64,000 bases of DNA, taken from sequence record PV764938.1; one strand, 5' to 3'. Of this stretch, positions 26,477 through 35,663 are shown piece by piece (within the stretch, counting starts at the first letter, position 1; each line of letters opens with the position of its first letter). Made by a program: the position numbers and the translations under genes. The notes under the pieces were generated by a model. It was not told where the DNA came from. It ran no database searches and saw nothing but the letters and a program-made list of their open reading frames with translations.

Positions 26477-26518
26477 ATTCACTTCCACTTATGCAGTTAT
26501 TTATAAGTGGAAGGAATG
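26477..26518 (-). promoter_or_regulatory. T4-type late promoter TATAAATA inside an inverted repeat, upstream of nadE
   Basis: TATTTATA at 26498-26505 on + strand; 11-bp perfect arms CTTCCACTTAT/ATAAGTGGAAG. Confidence 0.7.
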
Positions 26519-26529
26519 TCAATGTCAAC

Positions 26530-27030
26530 TTAATAATAGGATCGTTTTTTCTTCGGCTTATCAGGATCCGAATATTTCAGCTTCAGGTAGATGAAATCCT
26601 TCTCCAGCTTCAGCAGCTTGATTTCTTCTTCGGTGAGTTTGCTCAAGGCGTTCCAACGACGGATCTCAGCGTATTCTTCAGCCATCGTATCGACTTGTGT
26701 GAGCGAATAAGACATATCAAATCGAAATAGCTGGATTTCACCAGAAGCCCGCTTCTGTAGTCGCTCCTGTGCATCCACTACAAGTTCGTGCTTTGTGGGG
26801 TCGATTTGGAACGCCAGGTTCCAATGTTCGGCTTCTGTACCTTCTTGGACTTCATGTTCAAGGTCGACTTGTTTCTTACCTGCACGATAGCGAGGTCCGA
26901 CAAACGTGAATTTGTCGAAATACAGGGCTTCATAACGTTCTTCGGGGCCCGGAAGATAGCCTAGGGTGTGGAAGCTGACATTGTTAGTGCCACTCCACAG
27001 CCCATTTGATTTAATTAGCGGTGCTGTCAT
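26530..27030 (-). CDS. Hypothetical protein
   Basis: GAGGA RBS before MTAPLIK. Confidence 0.6.
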   Translation of the reverse strand: MTAPLIKSNGLWSGTNNVSFHTLGYLPGPEERYEALYFDKFTFVGPRYRAGKKQVDLEHEVQEGTEAEHWNLAFQIDPTKHELVVDAQERLQKRASGEIQLFRFDMSYSLTQVDTMAEEYAEIRRWNALSKLTEEEIKLLKLEKDFIYLKLKYSDPDKPKKKRSYY

Positions 27031-27562
27031 CGATTTCCTCAATGAGGGTTTTAGCGTCGAAGCTGTGAGTCGTAGCGGAGATCGTCAAACGAAACTTGGC
27101 TGCATCTTCCTTACGGGCGAATGCAAATGTATATTCGGAATAACGATGGTCGGCCTTTTTGACCTTCAACATCCGCAGAGATTCTTTTGCTTCATCCCGA
27201 TACTTCGCCAGGTTCGAATCGATATGAACAATCCAGCGATATGTGTCGGTGGTGTTAGTCTTATCGAGTTTGTCCACGAATGCGGCGAAACTGTAGCCGT
27301 ATTGTTTTGTCAGTGAACTCATACGCTTACGACGGGAAACCATATCTTCGATCGAAGTCGCGTCAGCTTCTTTTAGTTCAAAAGCGACAAGCGAGCAATT
27401 CTTATAACGCTTGGCAAGATCATCATCACTGAACAATGCCATGTGGGAATTGAGGCTGCGAGAAGAGGTCCAAGACTTTCCGGACTTGGAGAAGCCGGGC
27501 CATGCACCACCGGTGCTGAATTCACCAGTCTTGTTATTACGGATTTTGAAAATGTAAGACAT
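27011..27562 (-). CDS. Hypothetical protein, dispersed paralog family
   Basis: YIFKIRNNKTGEF...GKSW; FAFARKEDAAKFRL. Confidence 0.65.
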   Translation of the reverse strand: MSYIFKIRNNKTGEFSTGGAWPGFSKSGKSWTSSRSLNSHMALFSDDDLAKRYKNCSLVAFELKEADATSIEDMVSRRKRMSSLTKQYGYSFAAFVDKLDKTNTTDTYRWIVHIDSNLAKYRDEAKESLRMLKVKKADHRYSEYTFAFARKEDAAKFRLTISATTHSFDAKTLIEEIDDSTAN

Positions 27563-27613
27563 TAAGGACTCCTTTGCCAGGAATCCTTAACAGAGCGTAA
27601 AATGGAAAGTCAA

Positions 27614-28996
27614 TTAAAGAGCAATGCGCCAGTAACCAGGACCATAATCACCGGCCAACGTTACGACCCACTGTCGGTTACGCCAGCTCAATTGCTTGCC
27701 AGTGCGCGAGTTCAACAGCGTGAAACTATTGGTCATCTCTTCACTGTCGAATGCAATAACCCACTGTCCAGTAGCATCATACTCGATAATATCGTTGGCA
27801 TTTGCACCGAATGTTCCCCATGTGGTGTTCGGCGCAATATTGTTGAGGATCATATAACGATCACCAACAGTAGGTGCCGGAAGAGGATTCACGGTGTTAC
27901 CGGGCCATGTCTTATGTGGATCAATAACACCGGAAATCGGTGGCAAGTTGTTCAGGGGTAGAGTAGCGATGTCGATGTTGAAGTACAGGAGACTAGGATC
28001 TTCATTATCGACTTCAATAGTTCCGACGACATCGGAATCATGATCATCCATATCGTCATTGGTTTTCAAACGGATCTGACTGATACCCGGGCGATACTTG
28101 CCGTAGAGTTCAAACAAGTTGATCCAATTCCATGGTTCATTCAAGTTATTCAATGGCTTAGTATCTTCACCAAGCAATCGAATAATGTCACCGTTGACTT
28201 CCACGTGATGGTCACCTGGAGTAACAATAGCTCGTTGGAATACATCACCTCGTGCCCAATCCACTGCGGATCGGTCGAAGTCCTTGTTGAGTTCTACTTC
28301 GGAATGATCCAGCGCACTGATGTTGGTGATAATTTGTTCGATGATTCGCTGACGCTGAACCTTCGCCGGAGGATTAATCCATGCGGGAATCTTTAGCGTC
28401 ATTGTTGCCAAATCAATATCAGTGGATAGTCCGACGGGAATACCACGAGTGGACCATGTAACCGACTGTAGACTCATAGTCGTCAACGCGGTCCAGTCCA
28501 ATGCGTTTGTTGAAGTTTGCAAGTCAATGCCTGGATTGAACAGAACCATAATCTGTTCAAGCAGTTCACACTTTTGGTTGAAGTTTGAAGTCCAAATATC
28601 GACTTGGAATGTCAGGTCATACGCAACTGGCATGAAACGTTCTACGGTGTAGGACTTGCCGCGCAGTTGAGTATATTTGTTGCTTGTGGTATCGATTTCA
28701 CGCTCGTGAACATTGAGCGTTGATACGTGATTAGGTACCTGACGACGCTCAGCCGGAATATCAATGTTGGTGATAAACACGGAGATCTGAGGCGTCGACA
28801 GGACTGTATTCTCAGAGTTATTTTTGATGATGGACGCAACCTGCTTATCCTGTGGTGCCCATGTTACTGGGACCGTACGAAGCTTGGGAGTACCATCGGT
28901 GTTTGTACCGTATTGGTACTGGAATCCACTCAACGCACGAATCACCTGCACGATGTAAGCGCGGAATTGTCCATCATAGAAATAATCGAGAGCCAT
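27614..28996 (-). CDS. Tail completion/sheath stabiliser, T4 gp15-like
   Basis: YFYDGQFRAYI...VPV...MPVAYDLTFQVDIWTSN..QK.ELLEQIMVLFNP. Confidence 0.75.
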   Translation of the reverse strand: MALDYFYDGQFRAYIVQVIRALSGFQYQYGTNTDGTPKLRTVPVTWAPQDKQVASIIKNNSENTVLSTPQISVFITNIDIPAERRQVPNHVSTLNVHEREIDTTSNKYTQLRGKSYTVERFMPVAYDLTFQVDIWTSNFNQKCELLEQIMVLFNPGIDLQTSTNALDWTALTTMSLQSVTWSTRGIPVGLSTDIDLATMTLKIPAWINPPAKVQRQRIIEQIITNISALDHSEVELNKDFDRSAVDWARGDVFQRAIVTPGDHHVEVNGDIIRLLGEDTKPLNNLNEPWNWINLFELYGKYRPGISQIRLKTNDDMDDHDSDVVGTIEVDNEDPSLLYFNIDIATLPLNNLPPISGVIDPHKTWPGNTVNPLPAPTVGDRYMILNNIAPNTTWGTFGANANDIIEYDATGQWVIAFDSEEMTNSFTLLNSRTGKQLSWRNRQWVVTLAGDYGPGYWRIAL

Positions 28997-29004
28997 TTTA
29001 TGCC

Positions 29005-29454
29005 TTACTTGAGGTTCAGCTTACCAGTTGCGAAAAGATCAGCTTCTGCCTGACGACGCTTTGTCAGACCAGCAAGAACCTTGCCGCCAGCCTTGTTCCA
29101 ACGCAGGAACTGATCAGGAACCAAATCGTAACGGCCCTGATTCAACAGCTTCAACAGAGTGGAGCTACCGAAGTTGCCTTCACCCAAGTTGTATGTGAAA
29201 CTTACCAGTGCGTCGAACTGTTCCTGTGTGAGCTTGACCTTAACCAGACGGTTTACAGCGGCTTCGAACCTACGCAGATCAGCCTGCAGGAACATTTCGC
29301 CCTGTGCTTCTGTGATCTTTGTGCCCATGCGAACACCGGCTGTTGTGCCATAACCGATTGTTGGAACACCCACAGCATCGTAATATGCCTGTGCGCGGAA
29401 TCCTTCGAAAAACTTGATGAGCTGAGTGCCCTTTTTGCCTGTAATTAGCGCCAT
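29005..29454 (-). CDS. Lysozyme (GH24 muramidase)
   Basis: IKFFEG...YYDAVGVPTIGYGTT...QFDALVSFTYNLG...W.KAGGKVLAGL.KRR.AE; AAGGAG RBS. Confidence 0.95.
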   Translation of the reverse strand: MALITGKKGTQLIKFFEGFRAQAYYDAVGVPTIGYGTTAGVRMGTKITEAQGEMFLQADLRRFEAAVNRLVKVKLTQEQFDALVSFTYNLGEGNFGSSTLLKLLNQGRYDLVPDQFLRWNKAGGKVLAGLTKRRQAEADLFATGKLNLK

Positions 29455-29605
29455 ATCGATCTCCTTAAATATGTTGCGTCCTTGATATTTATCAGGACTT
29501 GACAATTCAGAACATGGTGCTAAATTGTCGGTACAAACGTGGAGAACCCGATGAAGGCGTCCGATCAGTTCCGTTAGGTGACTTAACCTAACGGAGAAAA
29601 ACAAA

Positions 29606-30088
29606 ATGGCTTATGAAGCATTCTACTGGTCTGGCGTCAGTGAACAGTACCAGTTTGAAACCCTTGAGGAACTCGTTCACCATCACTGGTACAAGTTTCT
29701 CGGTGGTGTTGATGACAACTTCCGCATCATCGACACTTACGATCGTCAGCGCGTTGACATCGAAATCGTCAAGCGCGTTTTCAATCGCCTCTACAACGAA
29801 CGCATGGAGCGTTACTGGGCCCGTTGTGCTGGTCCTTATAAGTTCCGCAATGGTCCTGTTTCGGGTATCCGTAGCCATCGCCGTTGGGGCGGTGATCGCC
29901 ACCCGCGCACTTTGCAGGAACGTCGTGAGACCAAGGCTCTCCACAAGGACGAGGATCTCGCTGATCTCAAGATCAAGATTCGTGTCCGTCGTGAAAAGCT
30001 TCCTACCAGCTGGGATGACATCCCGCGCGGCGACTACAGCCACCGTACCTGGAAGCGTCACCGCAAAACCCAGTACAAACAGAGTTGA
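29606..30088 (+). CDS. Hypothetical basic protein
   Basis: 160 aa, ends LPTSWDDIPR...WKRHRKTQYK; TTGACA-N16-TAAATT upstream. Confidence 0.65.
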   Translation: MAYEAFYWSGVSEQYQFETLEELVHHHWYKFLGGVDDNFRIIDTYDRQRVDIEIVKRVFNRLYNERMERYWARCAGPYKFRNGPVSGIRSHRRWGGDRHPRTLQERRETKALHKDEDLADLKIKIRVRREKLPTSWDDIPRGDYSHRTWKRHRKTQYKQS

Positions 30089-30136
30089 CAGGTTTCCTGT
30101 TTGTGTTAATATAAGGGCACAAACAGGAGATCGAAC

Positions 30137-30307
30137 ATGCCAAGTCCCGAAGTACAACGTCTTATGGTTCTGGTGGAAGATTACGCCCGTCACCTCGTAA
30201 AGGTGGATTTCTGGTCCGGTACACAGAAGAACTCTTCCGTGCTGACTCCGGCGTATGAAGCGAAGAAGCGCCTGGAAGAGGCGCTCCAACAGACCATCAC
30301 TTATTAA
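30137..30307 (+). CDS. Small hypothetical protein (56 aa, absent from ORF track)
   Basis: TTGACA-N16-TAATAT promoter and AGGAG RBS; MPSPEVQRLMVLVEDYARHLV... Confidence 0.6.
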   Translation: MPSPEVQRLMVLVEDYARHLVKVDFWSGTQKNSSVLTPAYEAKKRLEEALQQTITY

Positions 30308-31374
30308 AAGTCCGCTTTCGGGCCGATCGCCTTCGACAGAGGTTGTTTCTCTGCGAAGGTGTCGCCTTGAATGGTCGTCATATTGTTGTTGTTGATGAAC
30401 GACTCCAAGATACGATGCGCGGCTTGCCACTTCTTGCGATAATCAACTTCCTGACGACGCCACTTGGAGCCATCACGACGATACAGAACGTGTGGCTCCA
30501 TATCCGTACGTAGGTACCAATCACCATCCTTTGAGCCTTCGTCCTCTGTTGGGAAGCGGTTACCCGATCCAGCGAGTTGCGCTCCATTCGGTGGATGGCC
30601 GTCACCTGCGAAGATCCACGGATATTGCTTACCGAGTTCGTCACCGGGAACCACATAGAACTGGGCGGTCTGGAAGTTACGACGATCGACGGCCTTCTCA
30701 GCTTCCTCAACGACCTTATTGTTCAGGTTCATCTTATCACGATAATCGGAAATGATGTCTTCGAGTGTGAGATCACCGTTATCGCCAGAACCTGGACCCT
30801 CGATGGGATCGCCATTGCCGTCCAACGGAGGCTGATTAAAGATGTCTTCGAACTCTTGGCTGCTGGTGATAACCTTCAGCTTGACACGAAGCAAATGTGG
30901 GAACCAAGTCGGCGAGTAACCATTGGCCTCACGAGTAACTTCCTCAACCACATAATACTTGTTGACGGCTGGTGCATCCTCACGGAGCAGAGCATCATCA
31001 CGTAGGTGTGGAATCTCAAACACATCGCCCGCAAGAAGCTTTCGGCCGAGTCGACGAATCGAATCGTTCAAATGGAAGCTGATATACATGATATCCGCGG
31101 AAACAATCTGGCCGAATTGAGTCAGGTCGTATTCGAGATCCTGAACATTATAAACGCCAAGTAGCTCATAGATATCGGGATCATACTTACGGTTGCGATT
31201 TTCTTGGAAGACTGGGTCTTCGATTTCGGATGGGTCATCGCCGTCCGGACCAACGCCCAAGTATTTGTGAACGAAGATACTTGTAGCACCTGCTTCAAAC
31301 ATCTCTTGAATGGTTGCATCGAAAAACTCGTAATCTTGATTTTTTCGAGGATCCCACAGACTAAAACGTGCCAT
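30304..31374 (-). CDS. Neck protein, T4 gp14-like
   Basis: FQENRNRKYD...YNVQDLEYDLTQFG...FHLND...GRKLLAGDVFEIPH...WFPHLLRVK; divergent TAAATA at 31402-31407. Confidence 0.7.
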   Translation of the reverse strand: MARFSLWDPRKNQDYEFFDATIQEMFEAGATSIFVHKYLGVGPDGDDPSEIEDPVFQENRNRKYDPDIYELLGVYNVQDLEYDLTQFGQIVSADIMYISFHLNDSIRRLGRKLLAGDVFEIPHLRDDALLREDAPAVNKYYVVEEVTREANGYSPTWFPHLLRVKLKVITSSQEFEDIFNQPPLDGNGDPIEGPGSGDNGDLTLEDIISDYRDKMNLNNKVVEEAEKAVDRRNFQTAQFYVVPGDELGKQYPWIFAGDGHPPNGAQLAGSGNRFPTEDEGSKDGDWYLRTDMEPHVLYRRDGSKWRRQEVDYRKKWQAAHRILESFINNNNMTTIQGDTFAEKQPLSKAIGPKADF

Positions 31375-31455
31375 GAGTATTCTCCCTAACAAAGCTTCTG
31401 ATATTTATGTGGATTTTCGCGTAAATACTGGATAACACTGACTTAGGAGACGACT

Positions 31456-32211
31456 ATGGCCACCTTGATTTCGGCACGTCAAAAGCTATTGAAGGAAGTT
31501 GGATTGTCCTTGGGCGTGGGCATGGTCCGCGTTGAACTAACTCCCGACCACTATGAACTTGCATTTGATTTGGCCTTGGATCGCTATCGTCAGCGTTCCT
31601 CAAACAGCGTGGCCGAGCGTGTAACCTTTATCGATTTGCAACCCGAACAGACTCACTATGTGCTTCCTCAAGAAGTTACCCTGGTAAAACAGTTGTATCG
31701 TCGTGGAACTTCCGGAACTGCGAGTGGAACCGGAGTAGCCTTCGATCCGTTCGGTGCTGCATTTGTTAACCAGTCAAGTATTGGTCTAGGCTCCGGTAGT
31801 GGTTCTCTGTTGACATACGAGCTGTATGCGGGATTTCAAGAGACTGTCGGACGTATGTTTGGACTCTTCATCAACTATACCTGGGATCCAGCAAGTCATA
31901 CGCTTGTGATCGGCCGGCACGTAAAAGCTAAAGAAACTATCCTCGCCCAAATATATGTTGTGAAATCCGAGGAGGAGCTCCTTGCTGATCTTTATGCAAG
32001 ACCTTGGTTGCGTGACTACACAACTGCTAAGTGCAAAGTTATGCTTGGCGAGGCTCGTAGTAAATTCGCAAGTATTGTAGGTCCTCAAGGTGGTACAACA
32101 CTTAATGGTGACGCACTAAAAGCTGAAGGACTAGCTGAATTGGAGCGATTGGAGCTTGAAGTTGCTACGCAGGTAGAGCAAGATGCAGGCTACGGTTTTA
32201 TCATTGGTTAA
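31456..32211 (+). CDS. Neck protein, T4 gp13-like
   Basis: LG.GMVRVELT..HYE...WLRDYT.A.CK..LGEARSKF..I.GPQGGTTLNGDALKAEG; TAAATA at 31422-31427. Confidence 0.8.
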   Translation: MATLISARQKLLKEVGLSLGVGMVRVELTPDHYELAFDLALDRYRQRSSNSVAERVTFIDLQPEQTHYVLPQEVTLVKQLYRRGTSGTASGTGVAFDPFGAAFVNQSSIGLGSGSGSLLTYELYAGFQETVGRMFGLFINYTWDPASHTLVIGRHVKAKETILAQIYVVKSEEELLADLYARPWLRDYTTAKCKVMLGEARSKFASIVGPQGGTTLNGDALKAEGLAELERLELEVATQVEQDAGYGFIIG

Positions 32212-32358
32212 GCATATTACAATACGTGCATAAAAAGTCAGCAGGGTGCTGTTGCTTTTCTCACACACAAACACTATAAAAATTTACTGGCTGTTGTCGA
32301 AACTTTTTCCGCAGTCATGTGTTTCTGCATCGTAAACGCAACATGAGGAAGCTAGAAA

Positions 32359-32535
32359 ATGCAGTACGCTTATAACGCATATGTGACCAAGGTCTTAGAA
32401 GCGGTGGCGAATGAATCGTCCATGTCAGCTATCGAGGCCAAGCGTATGTGCAGGCAGAATCTCCAATTTATCGAGACTTCTTACCTGAACCTTGCTGATA
32501 CGCAATCGGTAGCTCGGACTCTTCTAGCGAACTGA
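32359..32535 (+). CDS. Small hypothetical protein (58 aa, absent from ORF track)
   Basis: GAGGA RBS; MQYAYNAYVTKVLEAVANESS... Confidence 0.45.
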   Translation: MQYAYNAYVTKVLEAVANESSMSAIEAKRMCRQNLQFIETSYLNLADTQSVARTLLAN

Positions 32536-32654
32536 TATTTCGTTTGCACCTTTGCATCTAACGTCGACTTACCTCGGAACCCACATTCCGAGGTCTTTTC
32601 TTGACTTGTTACCAAAACCTGTTAATTTACCGCGCAATTTCCAGGAGAATCATA

Positions 32655-33155
32655 ATGAGCGCGGACGAACTAAATTTCAAAAAGCTGAGCAACGAGAAGT
32701 ATCGCGTTTATCGCCTTTTGCAGTCTCCGATTCCGATGATCGAGACTTACCGCAGCCTCATCAAGACCATCGGTGATGTTCGTGGCGCGGTGATCTTCCC
32801 GGAACAATTCATCAGCCTATATGGACAATCGATTTGTCGTGTGAGCCTCAAGCGTTCCCAGGACTCCGTCGTCGCATCCGCTGAAATAATCCGCAACTTC
32901 TCACTCTGGGGTTACAGCGCGAAGAAGTCGCTGTTCACGTTCGACGACGTGCTGGAGATTGAAAAGAAATGTGCGCAGGCCGGCGATGATTTCGAGCGAA
33001 TGTTCAGCTTGAAGCTCGAACGCCCCAAGACGGAAGAGAACACTTACTACTCGAACAACGGCATCGACCTGAAATTCTCGGCAAAGGAGCCCATCTATTG
33101 GTTCTCCAACAAGTCCGATGGTTTGGCGTTCGTTCGCAAGAACATCAAAATCTAA
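32655..33155 (+). CDS. Hypothetical protein
   Basis: AGGAG RBS before MSADELNF; TTGACT-N16-TAATTT upstream. Confidence 0.65.
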   Translation: MSADELNFKKLSNEKYRVYRLLQSPIPMIETYRSLIKTIGDVRGAVIFPEQFISLYGQSICRVSLKRSQDSVVASAEIIRNFSLWGYSAKKSLFTFDDVLEIEKKCAQAGDDFERMFSLKLERPKTEENTYYSNNGIDLKFSAKEPIYWFSNKSDGLAFVRKNIKI

Positions 33156-33209
33156 CATTGTCACTTGCCGTTTTGGCACTAGAACAATAAGAAACTACAG
33201 GAGAGAGCT

Positions 33210-33626
33210 TTGGCCAATTACCTTTATCTGCTGGTCCGTACGGACATGGAATCCCTCGGTCGCGGCAAGTCTGTTGCCCAGGGCGCCCACGCAGCCAATG
33301 CTTTCACCTGGGACACGATCATCGCCCCGTCAATCCAAAACACGGCGATGGATCCTGCTGCATTGGAATGGTCGCGTGAAGCCGATGGTTTCGGCACGAC
33401 AATTGCTTTCGGTGCTACCCTCCGTGAGATCGAAGAGACTGTAATCCTCGCAAAGGCGCTCGGATTTAAGGCACGTGTTGTGGCCGATCCCGAGTATCCG
33501 CTTGTCGATGGTCGCACGCTTCACCTGATCCCCGATGTGGTAACGGGCGCGTACATCTTCGGCGAGAAGGCTGCACTGGAAATCATCCTGCGTGACTTTG
33601 CGTTGTTGAAAAACGACCCTGTATGA
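33210..33626 (+). CDS. Peptidyl-tRNA hydrolase PTH2-like protein
   Basis: LYLLVRTDM..LGRGKSVAQGAHA motif; AGGAG RBS with TTG start. Confidence 0.7.
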   Translation: MANYLYLLVRTDMESLGRGKSVAQGAHAANAFTWDTIIAPSIQNTAMDPAALEWSREADGFGTTIAFGATLREIEETVILAKALGFKARVVADPEYPLVDGRTLHLIPDVVTGAYIFGEKAALEIILRDFALLKNDPV

Positions 33627-34336
33627 CCTCTTCTACATCTGGACTTCCGGCTGACCCGCTGGAAGTCAATTTCCGTTATGGCCTTCGTCATAAAACGAAT
33701 GGTCGCCAATATCGTTTGGGTTCTGGATGGCTTCCTACGACGGGAGACATGTACGAGAACCAACTATCGCTGTTCAGCTTGTACGAAGCACATTTGGGTG
33801 CGAAAGCATTCCGTGAGCTTCTGGAAGTCAGCCAGATAGTAAAGTATCGTATATCAACAGTGTTTGAGAACGAGAAGGTAGTTCCCAACAAGCTCAAGAC
33901 GGAACTCGACCGTAAGCTCGAAGCCGAGCATATCTTCGCCTCAGATGCTCCCGAATACGTTCGAGCCGAATACTTCAACTACCACACTCGTGGTGGTCCG
34001 GCTAAGTCCACGTATCACTATGCGTTTCAGTTCCCTAGGAAGACTACGCAGAAATGGCTGAACTCCAAGAAGGATAAATTCAAACTTGAACACTTCGGCT
34101 ATACTTGGGTATCAGCGGACATCTTTGAAATTCAAGGTGTTATCAAGGGTATTGCTAAGATGCATGACCTCAAGTATCCGCAGGTTCGGGCGCATTTTGA
34201 TACTCTGTTGTTTAGGACCAAGACCGACGCCATGGTGTTCCGACTAGCTTTGGAGATGCCGGCTACATTCTTCGACTTCGAAGCAATCCACGCCAACTTC
34301 AAAGCTACAAACAAGATTGATATTGCAGCATCATGA
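33623..34336 (+). CDS. Hypothetical protein, dispersed paralog family
   Basis: YGLRHKTNG...; LLFRTKTDAMVFRLAL. Confidence 0.65.
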   Translation: MTSSTSGLPADPLEVNFRYGLRHKTNGRQYRLGSGWLPTTGDMYENQLSLFSLYEAHLGAKAFRELLEVSQIVKYRISTVFENEKVVPNKLKTELDRKLEAEHIFASDAPEYVRAEYFNYHTRGGPAKSTYHYAFQFPRKTTQKWLNSKKDKFKLEHFGYTWVSADIFEIQGVIKGIAKMHDLKYPQVRAHFDTLLFRTKTDAMVFRLALEMPATFFDFEAIHANFKATNKIDIAAS

Positions 34337-34923
34337 ATCGCACCGTCTATAAGATCAAGCACGAGAACGGTACCTACTTCAACGGGAACTATACGAGTAC
34401 TCGGTTCGCAAAACTGGGCAAATCGTACCTCACGATGCAGGAGCTCAAAGAAGATCTTTCCGTATACTTGGATTCCTCCAAGGGCGTAAAGCGAATCACT
34501 GCAATGAGCTCCAAGCTTTCAATTGTGAAGGAAAAGCAAACCGTCCTTGAGACGCCAGCAGAACTCACGATGGATGATTTGCAGGCGAAGCTTGTGGAAA
34601 AGGCGGAAACTCTTAAGAAGTTCAATCGCCCTCGTTCCTCATACTTGAGCCACGTTATGAGTTCTGATCTCGCATTAATGTTTCCGGCTTGGGACATTGG
34701 TGAGTTCGTGCATGTGGTATCATTGGACTATGGTTCAGTCCAGCCCTTCACATCTGAACCAACTGCGGCTGTTGTGAAAGCAATCGGCGCCAAGCGTAAT
34801 GATTTCGTCCGTGGCAATCGAACCATTGCATTCAAGGACAAGAAGTTCGTTATGGCAACGAAACTGCTGGTTCAGGGTGGAATGGAATATGTGAACCTGG
34901 CGGAGCTCTCGAAACCAGAGTAA
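34333..34923 (+). CDS. Hypothetical protein, dispersed paralog family
   Basis: VYKIKHENGTYF...LGKSY; IAFKDKKFVMATKL. Confidence 0.65.
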   Translation: MNRTVYKIKHENGTYFNGNYTSTRFAKLGKSYLTMQELKEDLSVYLDSSKGVKRITAMSSKLSIVKEKQTVLETPAELTMDDLQAKLVEKAETLKKFNRPRSSYLSHVMSSDLALMFPAWDIGEFVHVVSLDYGSVQPFTSEPTAAVVKAIGAKRNDFVRGNRTIAFKDKKFVMATKLLVQGGMEYVNLAELSKPE

Positions 34924-35003
34924 CTGGTGTTCCTGAATAGTGACAAACAGATAACGCTTCAGTTAAATTAAGGCTTAATCTTAATTTAATCTGAGGCTTT
35001 TCT

Positions 35004-35663
35004 ATGACAGATATCATTGGAATCGTCGGCTTTCTCGGTAGCGGGAAGAACACCGTCGGAGACTACCTAATCAAACAATACGGATACAAACGTGACTCTT
35101 TTGCTGGTCCACTAAAGGACGCTGTCAGCGTTGTATTCGGCTGGGATCGTGAACTCCTCGAGGGTGAAACAAAGGAATCCCGGGCATGGCGTGACCAACC
35201 CGACGAGTGGTGGGAAGAGCGACTCGAATGGTCCACCAACAAGCTCAACTATATGAACAAGCGTTTCACTCCGCGTCTGGCACTCCAGCTCTGGGGCACG
35301 GATGTTCTGCGTGTTGGTTTCTTCAATGACATCTGGATCGCAAGCCTAGAGTATCGCCTCAAGGATATGAACCGCGTTGTGGTCACCGACTGTCGTTTTC
35401 CGAATGAGATTAAAACAATTCGCAAAATGGGCGGCAAAGTCATAAGAGTCAAGCGTGGTCCTGAGCCCGATTGGTGGGAAACGGCCGAAGCAGCAAACTC
35501 CGATTTTACCCATGCTCCTGAATGTGCAAAAGCACTCGACAATCTTGGAATTCATATTTCCGAGTGGGCATGGATTGGTCAGGAATTTGATGCAGTGATT
35601 CATAATGATGGCACTCTTGAACAGCTTGAGGAAAACACACAGTGGACGCTTCACAATCTCTGA
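35004..35663 (+). CDS. Deoxynucleoside monophosphate kinase (T4 gp1-like)
   Basis: IIGIVGFLGSGKNT, SFAGPLKD, TPRLALQLWGTD, VVTDCRFPNE, HISE, NDGTL. Confidence 0.92.
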   Translation: MTDIIGIVGFLGSGKNTVGDYLIKQYGYKRDSFAGPLKDAVSVVFGWDRELLEGETKESRAWRDQPDEWWEERLEWSTNKLNYMNKRFTPRLALQLWGTDVLRVGFFNDIWIASLEYRLKDMNRVVVTDCRFPNEIKTIRKMGGKVIRVKRGPEPDWWETAEAANSDFTHAPECAKALDNLGIHISEWAWIGQEFDAVIHNDGTLEQLEENTQWTLHNL

